Below, in pieces: positions 1 to 9,882 of a DNA stretch of 20,868 nt (position 1 is the stretch's first letter; every line of letters starts with the position of its first letter). Below the pieces are notes generated by a model. That model was not told where the DNA came from, made no database searches, and saw only the letters and a list, made by a program, of their open reading frames with translations. The DNA is taken from contig JBFWSA010000035.1 in NCBI GenBank assembly GCA_050248615.1, positions 1 to 20,868 on the forward strand. Direction: 5' to 3'. Source of the stretch: Simkaniaceae bacterium. GTDB taxonomy: Bacteria > Chlamydiota > Chlamydiia > Chlamydiales > Simkaniaceae. The translations under genes were made by a program, and so were the position numbers.

Positions 1-957
1 AGCCCCTTTTTCTTTAGCGTCTCTAAGGAGCCATTCCATCCTATCCGCAAGGGTTGCATTTATGAGGGGACCTAGCTTTAAGGTTTCCATATGTTTATGA
101 AATTTTTTCACGAAGGTGCCATAGAGCTTTTCATGGATGAAGAAACGGTTGATGGTGTTACACACCTGTCCACAGTTATAGAATTTGAGGCTGATAGCCT
201 GTTCAACGGCAAGGTCGCTATTGGCGTCTTCAAAAACGAGTAGGGGAGAGTTCCCCTCCAATTCTAGAGAGATTTTTTTGACTGTTTTTCCCGCTTGCTC
301 CATTAGAAGACGCCCCACCTCCGTTGACCCCGTAAAAGTGATTTTTCTGACCAGGGGATTTTCCATAAGAGTCTGCCCTACCTCTTGAGGATCTAAGCAA
401 GAAATCACACTCAAAACTCCTTCAGGAAGTCCCGCTTCTTGAGCCAATTTTGCCTGTTCTAATGCCGAAAGAGGGGTTTCTTCTGATGGCTTCAAAATCA
501 CCGTACATCCCACGCTAATTGCGGGAACGCATTTTTGTAGAGGCAACGCCGAGGGGAAATTCCAAGGGGTAATGACTCCAACGACTCCGATGGGTTGCTT
601 GATCGTCATAAACCGACGTGAAGGATCGGGAGAAAGAGCAGTATAGCCGTGGACCCTTTTGGCCTCTTCAGCACACCATTCTAAAAAGAGAGCCCCATCA
701 TAGATCTCTTCTTCAGCTTCGTGTAGGGGTTTCCCTTGTTCAAGATGCAAAATTTTTGCCAAATGAGCGACATTTTCTAACGTGAGTTGATGCCATCTTT
801 TCAAAACCTCTCCCCGTTCTTTAGGGGTTTTTCGACTCCAGCTGTGAAAGGCCTCTTGCCCTCTTTGTATGGCTTTCTGAGTCTCTTCTTTCCCCTGATC
901 AGGAACTTCTCCAATCACTTCCCCTGTAGCGGGATTTGTCACAGCAAATGTTTTCAT
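1..957 (-). CDS. gabD: NAD-dependent succinate-semialdehyde dehydrogenase / aldehyde dehydrogenase family (runs off the window start)
   Basis: Not in the ORF track; translated by hand. Starts MKTFAVTNPATGE and has the ALDH motifs KQPIGVVGVITPWNFP, ILKPSEETPLSA, TFTGSTEVG, SLELGGNSP and NCGQVC. The ATG overlaps the recO stop (ATGA). Confidence 0.85.
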   Translation of the reverse strand, partial: MKTFAVTNPATGEVIGEVPDQGKEETQKAIQRGQEAFHSWSRKTPKERGEVLKRWHQLTLENVAHLAKILHLEQGKPLHEAEEEIYDGALFLEWCAEEAKRVHGYTALSPDPSRRFMTIKQPIGVVGVITPWNFPSALPLQKCVPAISVGCTVILKPSEETPLSALEQAKLAQEAGLPEGVLSVISCLDPQEVGQTLMENPLVRKITFTGSTEVGRLLMEQAGKTVKKISLELEGNSPLLVFEDANSDLAVEQAISLKFYNCGQVCNTINRFFIHEKLYGTFVKKFHKHMETLKLGPLINATLADRMEWLLRDAKEKGA

Positions 958-1631
958 GAGGCTATCCTTGACATATAGAGCGCATCGATCCCTTTGATCA
1001 AAATGGGATCGACGCTAAGGTGTTTAAAGGTATCGAATTGTTTTGCATGAAAAAGGAGCAAAAGGTGTTCCCATTCTTTTTTAGAAAACGGAAAGCTGAG
1101 GTTATCTACACATTCTGTGCAGCGACTTTCCCCCTCTACTATGCGCAGCGCTTCCTTTCCACAAACACTGCAGCTTTTCTCTAGGGCGAGTAGCCCTTCA
1201 TGCTTTAAAAGTTTAAGTTGAAACGATGCCCAAAGAGTGGGAAGATCAGGGAAGGTTGCTAACTGCTTGAGGTAGGTGAGCAATAGAAGATAAAGGGAAG
1301 GGGCTGCTTTCCCTGGCATTTGAGAAGTGGAGATGGCTCCCAGCATTTTAGCTCCATATTCTAGGTGCTTGTAGGACTGGCGCAAGTTTAAATGGAGATC
1401 GAGAATGCTCCCATCAATAAAACGGTAGAGATCTGAGCGTCCTTTGCGAAAGACAAATTCTGCTCGGCAAAGGGGGGTTGTCAGATTGACCATAGCGGGG
1501 CGGCTTTTGGAAATCCGCTTCACAAATAGGCTGATGATTCCCCGATCGGGAGTGAAAATGCTCAGGATGCGGTCTGATTCTTTAAAGGGAATGGCTTTTA
1601 GGACAATGCCTTCAACGCGTTTCTCATGCAT
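954..1631 (-). CDS. recO: DNA repair protein RecO
   Basis: N-terminal OB-fold motif EGIVLKAIPFKESDRILSIFTPDRG, central FQLKLLKHEG, and Zn-finger CSVC...CTEC; 225 aa. Confidence 0.93.
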   Translation of the reverse strand: MHEKRVEGIVLKAIPFKESDRILSIFTPDRGIISLFVKRISKSRPAMVNLTTPLCRAEFVFRKGRSDLYRFIDGSILDLHLNLRQSYKHLEYGAKMLGAISTSQMPGKAAPSLYLLLLTYLKQLATFPDLPTLWASFQLKLLKHEGLLALEKSCSVCGKEALRIVEGESRCTECVDNLSFPFSKKEWEHLLLLFHAKQFDTFKHLSVDPILIKGIDALYMSRIAS

Positions 1632-1692
1632 TCAAAATTCCTTTTGATTGGAAAGAATTGTGCGTTTTTGCTATTTTTCCTGCAATCACTCA

Positions 1693-1766
1693 GCACCGAT
1701 AGCTCAATTGGATAGAGTACCTGACTTCGGATCAGGTGGTTGGAGGTTCGAGTCCTCTTCGGTGCA
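1693..1766 (+). tRNA. tRNA-Arg (anticodon TCG)
   Basis: Acceptor stem GCACCGA/TCGGTGC, D arm TAGCTCAATTGGATAGAGT, anticodon arm CCTGA-CTTCGGA-TCAGG, T loop GGTTCGAGTCC; CCA not encoded. Confidence 0.97.
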
Positions 1767-1877
1767 TTTTCATTCGTATCTTCTTGTAAATCCAAGTTGC
1801 TACCTATTGTCACTCCTCCTTACTAGGCAAAAACTTGTGTTCTTGTAAATATTTGGCTTTAAGGGTGTTATATTTTT

Positions 1878-1906
1878 TTGACAAAAAATTCATCCTTGAA
1901 TATTCT
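1878..1906 (+). promoter_or_regulatory. Putative sigma70-type promoter for the AAA ATPase gene
   Basis: TTGACA (1878-1883), 17-bp spacer, TATTCT (1901-1906), 30 bp upstream of the ATG at 1937. Confidence 0.5.
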
Positions 1907-1936
1907 GATGTATAGTTGGAATTTTCAAGGTAAATC

Positions 1937-3088
1937 ATGGACCGCCCTTTTTTCTTATCTCAAGTTAAACGCTTCTTTAGGAGCCATCCTATTGTTGCAA
2001 TATTAGGTCCTAGACAATGTGGAAAAACAACATTGGCAAAGATGTTTTGCAAGGACAACTCTTTATTTTCTCCTTCAAACTATTTTGATCTTGAATCGCC
2101 CATTGATTTGGAACGATTAGCTAATCCGCTATTGTCGTTAAAACCTCTAAGAGGATTAATAGTAATTGATGAAGTCCAAAGGAGGCCTGACTTATTTCCT
2201 GTTCTCCGACTTCTGGTGGATCAATCTGAGTCTCATCAACAGTATCTAATTCTTGGAAGCGCATCTCGAGAGCTCATTAAGCAGTCTTCGGAAAGCTTAG
2301 CTGGTCGTATTGTTTATTTAGAGTTAACTCCATTTTCGTATTGCGAAGTAGATCATCTTGAGCGTCTTTGGCTAAGAGGAGGATTTCCTCGGTCTTACTT
2401 AGCATCCTCTGACGAGGTTAGTGCTGATTGGAGAAATGCTTATATAAGAACTTTTCTAGAGCAAGATATTCCCAACTTAGGTTTTCGCATTCCACCTGTT
2501 GCCCTGCGTAGGTTTTGGACTATGCTGTCGCATTATCATGGAAATATTTTTAATGCTTCAGAACTAGGGCGTTCTTTTGGGGCTTCTGATACAACCATGC
2601 GGAAATATCTAGACCTATTAACGGGTACATTCATGGTTAGGCAACTACAACCATGGTATGAAAATATTAGTAAGCGACAAGTCAAAACGCCCAAAATATA
2701 CTTTAGAGATAGCGGGATTTTACATGCGCTTTTGAGCATTCAAACTAATCATGCATTACAGATGCATCCCAAAATTGGAGCTTCTTGGGAAGGTTTTGCT
2801 ATGGAGGAGATTATTAAGGGGAGGCAAGCAAATAGCGAAGATTGCTATTTCTGGTCGACTTATAGTGAAGCGGAAATAGACCTTATAATCTATCAACAGG
2901 GGGGGTTAGAGGGGTTTGAGTTTAAATATCTTGATGCACCTAAAATGACAAAATCAATGCAAATTGCTCTGAATGATTTAGATTTGCAACATATAACTGT
3001 GATATACCCAGGGGATAAAGATTATGAGCTTTCTAATAAAATATCGGTAAAAGGGTTAAAGAATTATTTAGAAAATGTTTCTTCTTGA
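1937..3088 (+). CDS. AAA+ ATPase (AAA_14) with C-terminal DUF4143 domain
   Basis: Walker A GPRQCGKT, Walker B IVIDEVQ, LILGSAS, RGGFP, KTPKIYFRDSG, and C-terminal EIDLI...FEFK nuclease-like motif. Confidence 0.88.
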   Translation: MDRPFFLSQVKRFFRSHPIVAILGPRQCGKTTLAKMFCKDNSLFSPSNYFDLESPIDLERLANPLLSLKPLRGLIVIDEVQRRPDLFPVLRLLVDQSESHQQYLILGSASRELIKQSSESLAGRIVYLELTPFSYCEVDHLERLWLRGGFPRSYLASSDEVSADWRNAYIRTFLEQDIPNLGFRIPPVALRRFWTMLSHYHGNIFNASELGRSFGASDTTMRKYLDLLTGTFMVRQLQPWYENISKRQVKTPKIYFRDSGILHALLSIQTNHALQMHPKIGASWEGFAMEEIIKGRQANSEDCYFWSTYSEAEIDLIIYQQGGLEGFEFKYLDAPKMTKSMQIALNDLDLQHITVIYPGDKDYELSNKISVKGLKNYLENVSS

Positions 3089-3166
3089 GTATTTTTTTAT
3101 TTAAAATGTTTTTGAATAGTTTTTTATTATTAATTTGACTATTATTTGAGCAAAATTAAGGGGTGA

Positions 3167-3541
3167 ATGATGTCTATTGAAGAAGTTTCTGCTGAGTCAA
3201 TCAATGATTTTACTTTCTATCCTTTCCCTGAGAAAACAGAAGATTCTCCTTGCGAGAGTTATCCTACAGAAGTTTCTAATAAAGAAGTGCGAGATGCTTT
3301 GCTTCAGAGTTTTTTAGCTCTTCCCCCTTGGATTCAAACAGCAATTGAAAAGGATGCGATTCTAAAAGACCCCCGCTTCAAAGAGCGACTAGGAGATGAA
3401 GCAGTCGTTGAGATTGTGAAAGTCCCTGGAGGCTATACGGTTTTTACAGCAGAGCATCAATTGGATGTTTATGTAACCTATGTGCCGATGGATTACTGCG
3501 GCCCCGCAGAATTTACCCTTGAATTTGGCCCTTTAAAGTAG
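3167..3541 (+). CDS. Hypothetical protein
   Basis: 124-aa ORF preceded by AAGGGG; its 3' end overlaps the convergent methyltransferase by 49 bp. Confidence 0.65.
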   Translation: MMSIEEVSAESINDFTFYPFPEKTEDSPCESYPTEVSNKEVRDALLQSFLALPPWIQTAIEKDAILKDPRFKERLGDEAVVEIVKVPGGYTVFTAEHQLDVYVTYVPMDYCGPAEFTLEFGPLK

Positions 3542-4083
3542 CACCAGACTTCATCTTGTCCTAAGAGAAAATGATCTTCGAATAGTTCTTGTACCGCTTT
3601 TTTGACCCCGGGGAGGCGTTTGCGTCCGTAGTTATGTCCGGAAAGAATTCCTCCTGAGCGCACTTTGGGGAGATAGGTGAGAATGTCTTGTTTGACGTTT
3701 TTGTAGGCATGGTTAGCATCAATAAAAACAAGATCGAGATGATCAGGGAGGAGGGGGGCAGCTTCAGAAGAAGTTTTTTGGATCAGGGTGACTTGGGAGT
3801 CATTTTCAAAAAGCTCAAGGACTCTTTGATGGGCTTTTTCATAAACGGCAAGATCTTCTGAGACAGCACTTCCCGAACCCAGATACTCTGGAGTTGGGGC
3901 CCAAGGATCGATTAAGTAGAGATGAGCTTCCGGAAATAGTTCTCTTAATACGGTGGCGTTCTTTCCTCGAAAGACCCCAATTTCTACAAGGGTCTTTACC
4001 TCGATTTCGTGGATTAAGCAGATGTATTTAAGATAATAACCCCGATGCTTACGAATCAGTAATTGATCTAAGACTTTATTCAT
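3493..4083 (-). CDS. Class I SAM-dependent methyltransferase (Methyltransf_24-like)
   Basis: Motif I VEIGVFRG, YLIDPW, LDLVFIDANHAY, KVRSGGILSGHNY. Confidence 0.85.
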   Translation of the reverse strand: MNKVLDQLLIRKHRGYYLKYICLIHEIEVKTLVEIGVFRGKNATVLRELFPEAHLYLIDPWAPTPEYLGSGSAVSEDLAVYEKAHQRVLELFENDSQVTLIQKTSSEAAPLLPDHLDLVFIDANHAYKNVKQDILTYLPKVRSGGILSGHNYGRKRLPGVKKAVQELFEDHFLLGQDEVWCYFKGPNSRVNSAGPQ

Positions 4084-4134
4084 GCTAGTGATTATAAACG
4101 AATAAAGTTCAAAGTCAATAAACCTATCTGAGAA

Positions 4135-4584
4135 TTACCCCTCTTTTTTCCCTTTTCGATGACTATCAATTCCCCAGGCTCCGCAGCCAAAGATTGTGAT
4201 GTAAAGGCAGAGGAGTGCGAGAACAATAGGGATGAAGATGGGGGGATAAAAAGGCTTTTGAGTGAGATCGTCTGGTAGCTGGCTAGGGTCAAGATGCATC
4301 AGGATAAGCGTTGTCCATGCACCGATGACCATGATAATGAATCCAATAATCCCTGCAATACGGCTGATGAGTCCTAAGAGGAGGAGGGCTCCTACTACAA
4401 TTTCGGCAATAGGAACAAAGACCAAGTTAAAGGGAACGAGAGGAGTATCCGAAGCGCGGAGAATGTTTTGAAAATTTTCGGGATTGATGAGATGCATGAT
4501 CCCAAAGAACAGGAAAATGATTCCCACAATTAAGCGAATAAAGAAGAGATGTTTATAAGGCTTTTTTGTTTTCTTTTCTTCCAT
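4135..4584 (-). CDS. DoxX family membrane protein
   Basis: Four hydrophobic helices; RLIVGIIFLFFG, AEIVVGALLLLGLISR, and C-terminal GCGAWGID. Confidence 0.85.
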   Translation of the reverse strand: MEEKKTKKPYKHLFFIRLIVGIIFLFFGIMHLINPENFQNILRASDTPLVPFNLVFVPIAEIVVGALLLLGLISRIAGIIGFIIMVIGAWTTLILMHLDPSQLPDDLTQKPFYPPIFIPIVLALLCLYITIFGCGAWGIDSHRKGKKEG

Positions 4585-4715
4585 GGTTCCTTTACCTAGG
4601 TATCTTTGGTATCTTTATCTTTCATGTAAAAGATTTCTACTAAAAAGACAATAGCAAAAAACAGGGATGTTCAGATAGAATGGAGAATCAGATTGATGCA
4701 AAAGGAGAATTTTCT

Positions 4716-5342
4716 ATGGCCCAAAGCCCAAAGAACTTCGATGATCAAACCTATAATGTAGCTGTCATAAGTAAGCATATTGAAATTACTAAACCCATTC
4801 GGGACTATATCGATGAAAAGATTGCTAAAATTGAGGTCATCACGAATCACATTATTGATGTTCATGTTAGGCTAGATGTCCAGAAGCTTAACCACTCAGT
4901 GGATATCGTTGTAAAATTCTCTCATTTTCGAGTGAATGTAAAGGCCATTACAGAAAATATGTACTCGGCACTTGATAAAGCTTTTGAAAGGCTCTATACC
5001 AAACTCCGTAAGTGGAAAAGCCGAATCCAAGACCATCATGCAAAAGGGGTTGCGGTTACCGAAATGGAGATTAATGTCCTCGAGCATGCTCAGCAAGAAC
5101 TTGAAGAGATTAATGAAGAGATTGTTGATGCCAACAATCGCTCTTTGGAAAAAGATTTTGCTCCTCCTAAAGTCATAAAAAAGAAAAAACGCCCTTTAAA
5201 ACTGCTAACGCTCGATGAAGCTGTCATGAAAATGGAGCTTTCTGACGATCACTTTATGATCTATCGCAGCGAGGAAGAACAAGGCCTAAAAGTCATTTAT
5301 CGTCGTCGAGATGGCAGCTATGGCATTGTCTCCCCCGAGTAA
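4716..5342 (+). CDS. hpf: Ribosome hibernation promoting factor (long HPF / RaiA family)
   Basis: KHIEITKPIRDYIDEKI, ENMYSALDKA, and C-terminal LDEAVMKMEL...VIYRRRDGSYGIV. AGGAGA RBS before ATG 4716 (track start 4680). Confidence 0.92.
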   Translation: MAQSPKNFDDQTYNVAVISKHIEITKPIRDYIDEKIAKIEVITNHIIDVHVRLDVQKLNHSVDIVVKFSHFRVNVKAITENMYSALDKAFERLYTKLRKWKSRIQDHHAKGVAVTEMEINVLEHAQQELEEINEEIVDANNRSLEKDFAPPKVIKKKKRPLKLLTLDEAVMKMELSDDHFMIYRSEEEQGLKVIYRRRDGSYGIVSPE

Positions 5343-5748
5343 GCAGGTTTATGATCGTATTCGGAAAAAATGGGTAGAAGCTACTCCTGAAGAGCTCGTG
5401 CGGCAAAAGCTGTTAACTTTTATGATAGAGAAGTTAGGCTATCCCAAGCATAGCCTTTCTGTTGAAAAAAAGCTCTCTGAGGTTGCTGATGGGTATCGGT
5501 TACCCAACAGACGTTTAGATATTCTTTGTTTTGAAACGCAAACCCTAAGGCCCCTCCTTCTCATCGAATGCAAAGCCGTTCCCATTCATAAAAAAATGCT
5601 TGCCCAAGTGATGGGGTATAATGCTTATATCGGTGCACCGTTTATTTGTCTTGCGAATCAAGACTCCATTTTTTTAGGATGGAGAGATCAAGATAGGATT
5701 CAAGAAGGACTTCCAACCTATTCGGAACTTGTTAATGCCTGTATATGA
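5320..5748 (+). CDS. Stand-alone type I restriction enzyme HsdR N-terminal-like (HSDR_N_2) protein
   Basis: VYDRIRKKWVEATPEELVRQ, LGYP, RRLDI, LLLIECKA, QVMGYN (PD-(D/E)xK-like). Start is 5311 or 5320; overlaps hpf. Confidence 0.8.
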   Translation: MALSPPSKQVYDRIRKKWVEATPEELVRQKLLTFMIEKLGYPKHSLSVEKKLSEVADGYRLPNRRLDILCFETQTLRPLLLIECKAVPIHKKMLAQVMGYNAYIGAPFICLANQDSIFLGWRDQDRIQEGLPTYSELVNACI

Positions 5749-7264
5749 CAAAAACCTCCTGGCACTCGAAGGGAAAAATCCCTTGCTTGCTTTTCAACTC
5801 TTAACCCTAAAAAACCCTGCGTCACCGAAAAAGAGAGAGCCTTTCCCCAAGAGCACTGCAGAAATCCTCTATGTGGAAGGAATAGGAGATGAGAAATGGA
5901 TAGAAAAAGCACTCGATTGGATTACATCAGATGCGAAGAGAAGCTTGGTCTTGATCGAGGAAAATCTGAGTGCGTTTCATGCCTTTCTTTCACTAGAGTT
6001 AGCTGAAAAAATCGTCCAACACCCCCGAGTTGTGATCGGCGGCCCCTCTTTTGAAGAGACGCTGAAACCCTTTGTTTGGTCTCATCTCTACCGCCCTTGG
6101 GAATGCCACGGCAATCCCGCTATGCAAGGAAGGATTGCTGAGCTGGTTTTGGGAATAGAGCTCACGGTTTGTCTTTATCGAGATTTTGGGATCCCTCAGC
6201 TCATGAATGTGTTTTCGAATCTTCTAGCTTCACAAAATGTGCGCAGTGGAGAAGCCCTTTTCGGGAAGTTTACGAAGATTCCTGCCCTGATTTGTGGGGC
6301 GGGGCCCTCGTTAGATAAGAGCCTAGATACCTTGAAAGCGCTAGGCAATCAAGCGCTCCTTTTTGGGGGGGGATCGGCTCTACTTCCCCTCAGTAGAGCA
6401 GGAGTACCGATGCATTTTGCTGTAGCCCTAGATCCAGAGTCTCCTCGCGAGCGTTTTTTTGAGCAAACTTACTTTGATGTCCCCCTTTTTTATCAAAACC
6501 AAGTCTCTCACCCCCTCTTTATGCAGAGCCAGGGTCCTAAGCTTTGTATCGGTGAAAGTGGGAGTTTTCCTTTAGAAGAGTGGCTGGATCTCCCTCTTTC
6601 CCCTTGTGATGTAGGATGGAATGTGGCAACGTTTGCAACTCAAATCGCCTATCAGCTGGGCTGCGATCCGATCCTCTTTGTCGGAATGGATCTTTGCTGC
6701 TCTCCAGAAAAAGCCTATGCAGGGGGAATGGAAGAACTGCGTGAAAACCCCCTTGTCTGCACCGATCGCTTAGGGAATAGAGTGACAACACGTCCTGATT
6801 TTTTGATGGCAAAAAAATGGCTGGAGACTTTTGCAAAAGCCCATCCGGAGCGCACCTTTTTAAATGCTTCAGAAGGGGGGCTAGAACTAGAAGGGATCAA
6901 AAATGTTCCTCTTTCTATGGAAGCTCCTTCAACTGATTTGCAAGGACGTGTCCATCAAGCTATTGCTCAGGTTCCCTTGCTCGATCTTTCCACCCTTCCT
7001 TCGAAGCTCCATACCATTTATCAGAGCCTCAATCATTGCTTGGACATCTTGGGGACTTATCAAGAGGTGGAACTGGATCATGAAATTTTTTATCAAGCCC
7101 ACCTCCTTCCTAATTGGGAGGTGTGGAAACACTTTTTACAAAAAGAAGAAATTGTTCAATCCATGCAACATCCAGAAATAGAGAAGAAACTACAACAGAC
7201 TCTTTTTTTCAGAGAGGTCACAGAAAAATTCAGGAATGAATATGAACGAAAACTACCAGTTTAA
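5735..7264 (+). CDS. Motility-associated-factor (Maf/DUF115, MptE-like) glycosyltransferase family protein
   Basis: PALICGAGPSLD, PMHFAVALDP, QIAYQLGCDPILFVGMDL, FLNASEGG. Start is 5729 or 5735. Confidence 0.82.
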   Translation: MPVYDKNLLALEGKNPLLAFQLLTLKNPASPKKREPFPKSTAEILYVEGIGDEKWIEKALDWITSDAKRSLVLIEENLSAFHAFLSLELAEKIVQHPRVVIGGPSFEETLKPFVWSHLYRPWECHGNPAMQGRIAELVLGIELTVCLYRDFGIPQLMNVFSNLLASQNVRSGEALFGKFTKIPALICGAGPSLDKSLDTLKALGNQALLFGGGSALLPLSRAGVPMHFAVALDPESPRERFFEQTYFDVPLFYQNQVSHPLFMQSQGPKLCIGESGSFPLEEWLDLPLSPCDVGWNVATFATQIAYQLGCDPILFVGMDLCCSPEKAYAGGMEELRENPLVCTDRLGNRVTTRPDFLMAKKWLETFAKAHPERTFLNASEGGLELEGIKNVPLSMEAPSTDLQGRVHQAIAQVPLLDLSTLPSKLHTIYQSLNHCLDILGTYQEVELDHEIFYQAHLLPNWEVWKHFLQKEEIVQSMQHPEIEKKLQQTLFFREVTEKFRNEYERKLPV

Positions 7265-8096
7265 AGATAAGCAACTGATCATTTGCGACCCTGATTTAGG
7301 AATCCATATTCAGGAGAGCTTTACTCCCTATTTAATTCCCGAAGATTGGTCATCGACTGAAGGATTGGTGGTCAAAAAAGACAATACCGGAAAGGTTTTG
7401 CGTGCCTATTACGAAGAAGAGGGGAAATTGCATGGACAATATCACCTCTACTATCCAGGAGGGAAGTTAGAAACGGAGTGCTTCTATTTCTTAGGACTGT
7501 TGCATGGCCCTTCCCGTTTTTATAGTGAAACAGGAAACTGTCTTTCAGAAACCTGGTTTTATAAAAATCGGAAAGAAGGGAAATCCAAAAGATATTATCT
7601 ATCGGGTCAGCTGTGCAGCATTGAGCGCTTCAAAAATGGTGTTTTGCACGGGAAGCAAGAATACTATTATGAAGATGGCACCCTTAAAAGTTCCCTCTCG
7701 TATCAAAGAGGAAGGTTAGAAGGGAAGGTGATCCTTTTCTGGCCGAATGGAAAAAAGAAACGGGAGTGTTTCTTCAAAGAGGGGTTTCGAGAGGGGTGGG
7801 ATCGGATGTGGAACAAGGAAGGGAAACTCCTCGATGAGGGGAGTTACAAAAGGGGGGATCCCGTTGGAAAGCACCGGCGTTTCTATGAGAATGGAACCCT
7901 TCAGGAAGAGCGTGAGTATCATACCCCTCAATGCTATGACCGAGTGGAATGGGACCTTGATGGGAATAAACTTTTAGAGGGGCGCTTCGATGCCCATCTT
8001 TGTTATGAAGAAACCACATGGCAAGGGGGAGTGCCTCGCTCACGCAAAGGAAGGTGGAAAGAGGGACGTATTCAGTGGAGGGAAGATGTTAACTAA
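7236..8096 (+). CDS. MORN-variant repeat protein (YwqK-like)
   Basis: Many tandem repeats of type GxLHGxxxxYYxxG (GKLHGQYHLYYPGG, GVLHGKQEYYYEDG, GKHRRFYENG). Confidence 0.85.
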   Translation: MNMNENYQFKDKQLIICDPDLGIHIQESFTPYLIPEDWSSTEGLVVKKDNTGKVLRAYYEEEGKLHGQYHLYYPGGKLETECFYFLGLLHGPSRFYSETGNCLSETWFYKNRKEGKSKRYYLSGQLCSIERFKNGVLHGKQEYYYEDGTLKSSLSYQRGRLEGKVILFWPNGKKKRECFFKEGFREGWDRMWNKEGKLLDEGSYKRGDPVGKHRRFYENGTLQEEREYHTPQCYDRVEWDLDGNKLLEGRFDAHLCYEETTWQGGVPRSRKGRWKEGRIQWREDVN

Positions 8097-9834
8097 GGAG
8101 CTTTTGGAAGCCCGGTACCCGAATCTCAACTTTTTACTCCGTTTTGGAGAGACCCAACCCCTCTCTTTTCCCCTCCATGCTGAAAATTTAGAGAGAGAAC
8201 TCTCATTAGCGTTTGCTTCTCTTAAACTCGAAAAGCTACAAGTCCTCTATATCTATGGGATAGGGTTAGGACACTATTTTTCCCCCCTAGAAAAATGGCT
8301 AGCAGAAGATAAAGAACGCGATCTCATTTTTATTGAAGAGGATTTAAACGTTCTGCGGGAGTTTTTGGAGTGTGAGCATGCCAGTGCCCTTCTGGCCCAT
8401 CCTCAGGTTCATATTCGATTCAATATGGATAAAAAAAGGGTGGCGTCATTTTTAGAAGAGTGTGCCCATGACTTCCCTGTAGAAACTATCGAAATGATTG
8501 CCCTTGCTTCCTATAAAAAGCAGTACCGCTCCCGTTTTTATCGGATGCGTCTCAAATTGCATCGACTCACCACCGTCCATCATGCTGTTTTTATCGAAAA
8601 TCTTCATTACAATCTCTTTTTTAAGAACTTCTTACCCAATTTTAAACGGTTTCCCAGAGCCTTTTTTGGGAATCATCTAAAAGGGGAATTTCAAAATATC
8701 CCCGCCATCATCTGTGGAGCGGGGCCTTCGCTCTCTAAAGATTTAGACTATTTAAAAACCCTCGACAACCGGGCTCTCATTTTTGCAGGAGGCTCTGCGA
8801 TTACTGCCCTTAGTCATCAGGGGATTTTGCCCCATTTTGGCGTAGCAATTGATCCCAACTTTGAAGAGTACCACCGTTTCAAAGCGAGCTCTGCTTTCGA
8901 AATCCCCCTTTTTTATGTTAACCGCTTACTCCCTCGCATTTTTAACACCTGCAATGGTCCCCATGGATATCTCCATACCCTGACAGGGGGAATGGCAGAA
9001 CTTTGGATGGAAAAACAATTGGGTGTTCAAGGAAAGCCTCTCCAAGAGGGGTTTGATCTCGAAGCCCTTTCCGTGACGACCACCTGCATTCAGCTTGCTT
9101 GCACCCTCGGCTGCAATCCGATTATCCTTTTAGGAGTCGACTTGGCTTTTACCGAAAAACAATCCTATGTTTCAGGAGTGGTGCAAGAAGCTCGCGTGTT
9201 TTTTGACGAGCGGAAAGAGGAGATGCGGGTTTCAGAAAAACTCCTCAAAAGACAAGACATCTATGGAGCTCCGCTCTTTACTTTGGTCAAATGGATTATG
9301 GAATCGAGTGCGATCTCTACTTTTGCACGAAAAAATCCCGATTTTACTTTTATCAACGCTACAGCAGGGGGACTTGGTTTCAAAAACATTCCCAATCAGC
9401 GCCTTGAAAATATTTCCCTTCCCCATTCTCATGACTTGCATAATAAAATTCATCATGCCATCGAAACCCATAAACTCTCTGTGACTCCCGAGCAAGTGGA
9501 GATCCATCTTTCCCACTTAAAAGCCAGCCTTAAAGAGGCCAAAACCTATGTCAAAACAGCCCTTTCCGAACTCAAACGGGTTCAAGGGAAACCCGCTGAT
9601 CCTGAAACCGGAAAACTCATCTTTGCTCAAATGGAACTCGAATCCCTCGATGCCTATTCCTGCTTCCTCAAAGATCCCGACCTCACCTTTCAACACGTCC
9701 TCTCCCGCAAATACCGCCCCAAAACTTGGGATACTCCCGATCACGCCATGAAATGGAACTTCCTCCAGTCCAAATGGCTCTCTTTCGATCACCTGATCGA
9801 TTTCTACCTCGATGAGTTGCAACCAAAAAGCTGA
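8086..9834 (+). CDS. Second Maf/DUF115 family protein
   Basis: LYIYGIGLG, PAIICGAGPSLS, PHFGVAIDP, QLACTLGCNPIILLGVDLA, FINATAGG. ATG 8086 follows GGAGGG (track start 7990). Confidence 0.82.
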   Translation: MLTKELLEARYPNLNFLLRFGETQPLSFPLHAENLERELSLAFASLKLEKLQVLYIYGIGLGHYFSPLEKWLAEDKERDLIFIEEDLNVLREFLECEHASALLAHPQVHIRFNMDKKRVASFLEECAHDFPVETIEMIALASYKKQYRSRFYRMRLKLHRLTTVHHAVFIENLHYNLFFKNFLPNFKRFPRAFFGNHLKGEFQNIPAIICGAGPSLSKDLDYLKTLDNRALIFAGGSAITALSHQGILPHFGVAIDPNFEEYHRFKASSAFEIPLFYVNRLLPRIFNTCNGPHGYLHTLTGGMAELWMEKQLGVQGKPLQEGFDLEALSVTTTCIQLACTLGCNPIILLGVDLAFTEKQSYVSGVVQEARVFFDERKEEMRVSEKLLKRQDIYGAPLFTLVKWIMESSAISTFARKNPDFTFINATAGGLGFKNIPNQRLENISLPHSHDLHNKIHHAIETHKLSVTPEQVEIHLSHLKASLKEAKTYVKTALSELKRVQGKPADPETGKLIFAQMELESLDAYSCFLKDPDLTFQHVLSRKYRPKTWDTPDHAMKWNFLQSKWLSFDHLIDFYLDELQPKS

Positions 9835-9882
9835 TGATCGGGATAGATTCCTAAAGGACTTTAGAAAAAAGAAATAAAACGT

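Noticed and set aside
1598..1848. Short ORFs 1598-1813 (-) and 1648-1848 (+)
   Set aside because: They overlap the tRNA gene and are shadow ORFs.
1693..3088. tRNA-anchored integrated island
   Set aside because: I found no duplicated tRNA 3' end and no integrase in the window.
5320..5748. Type I restriction-modification system
   Set aside because: Only the small N-terminal-like domain is present; no helicase, hsdM or hsdS.
7236..8096. YwqJK-type toxin-antitoxin pair
   Set aside because: The YwqK label reflects generic MORN-variant repeats; no adjacent toxin gene.
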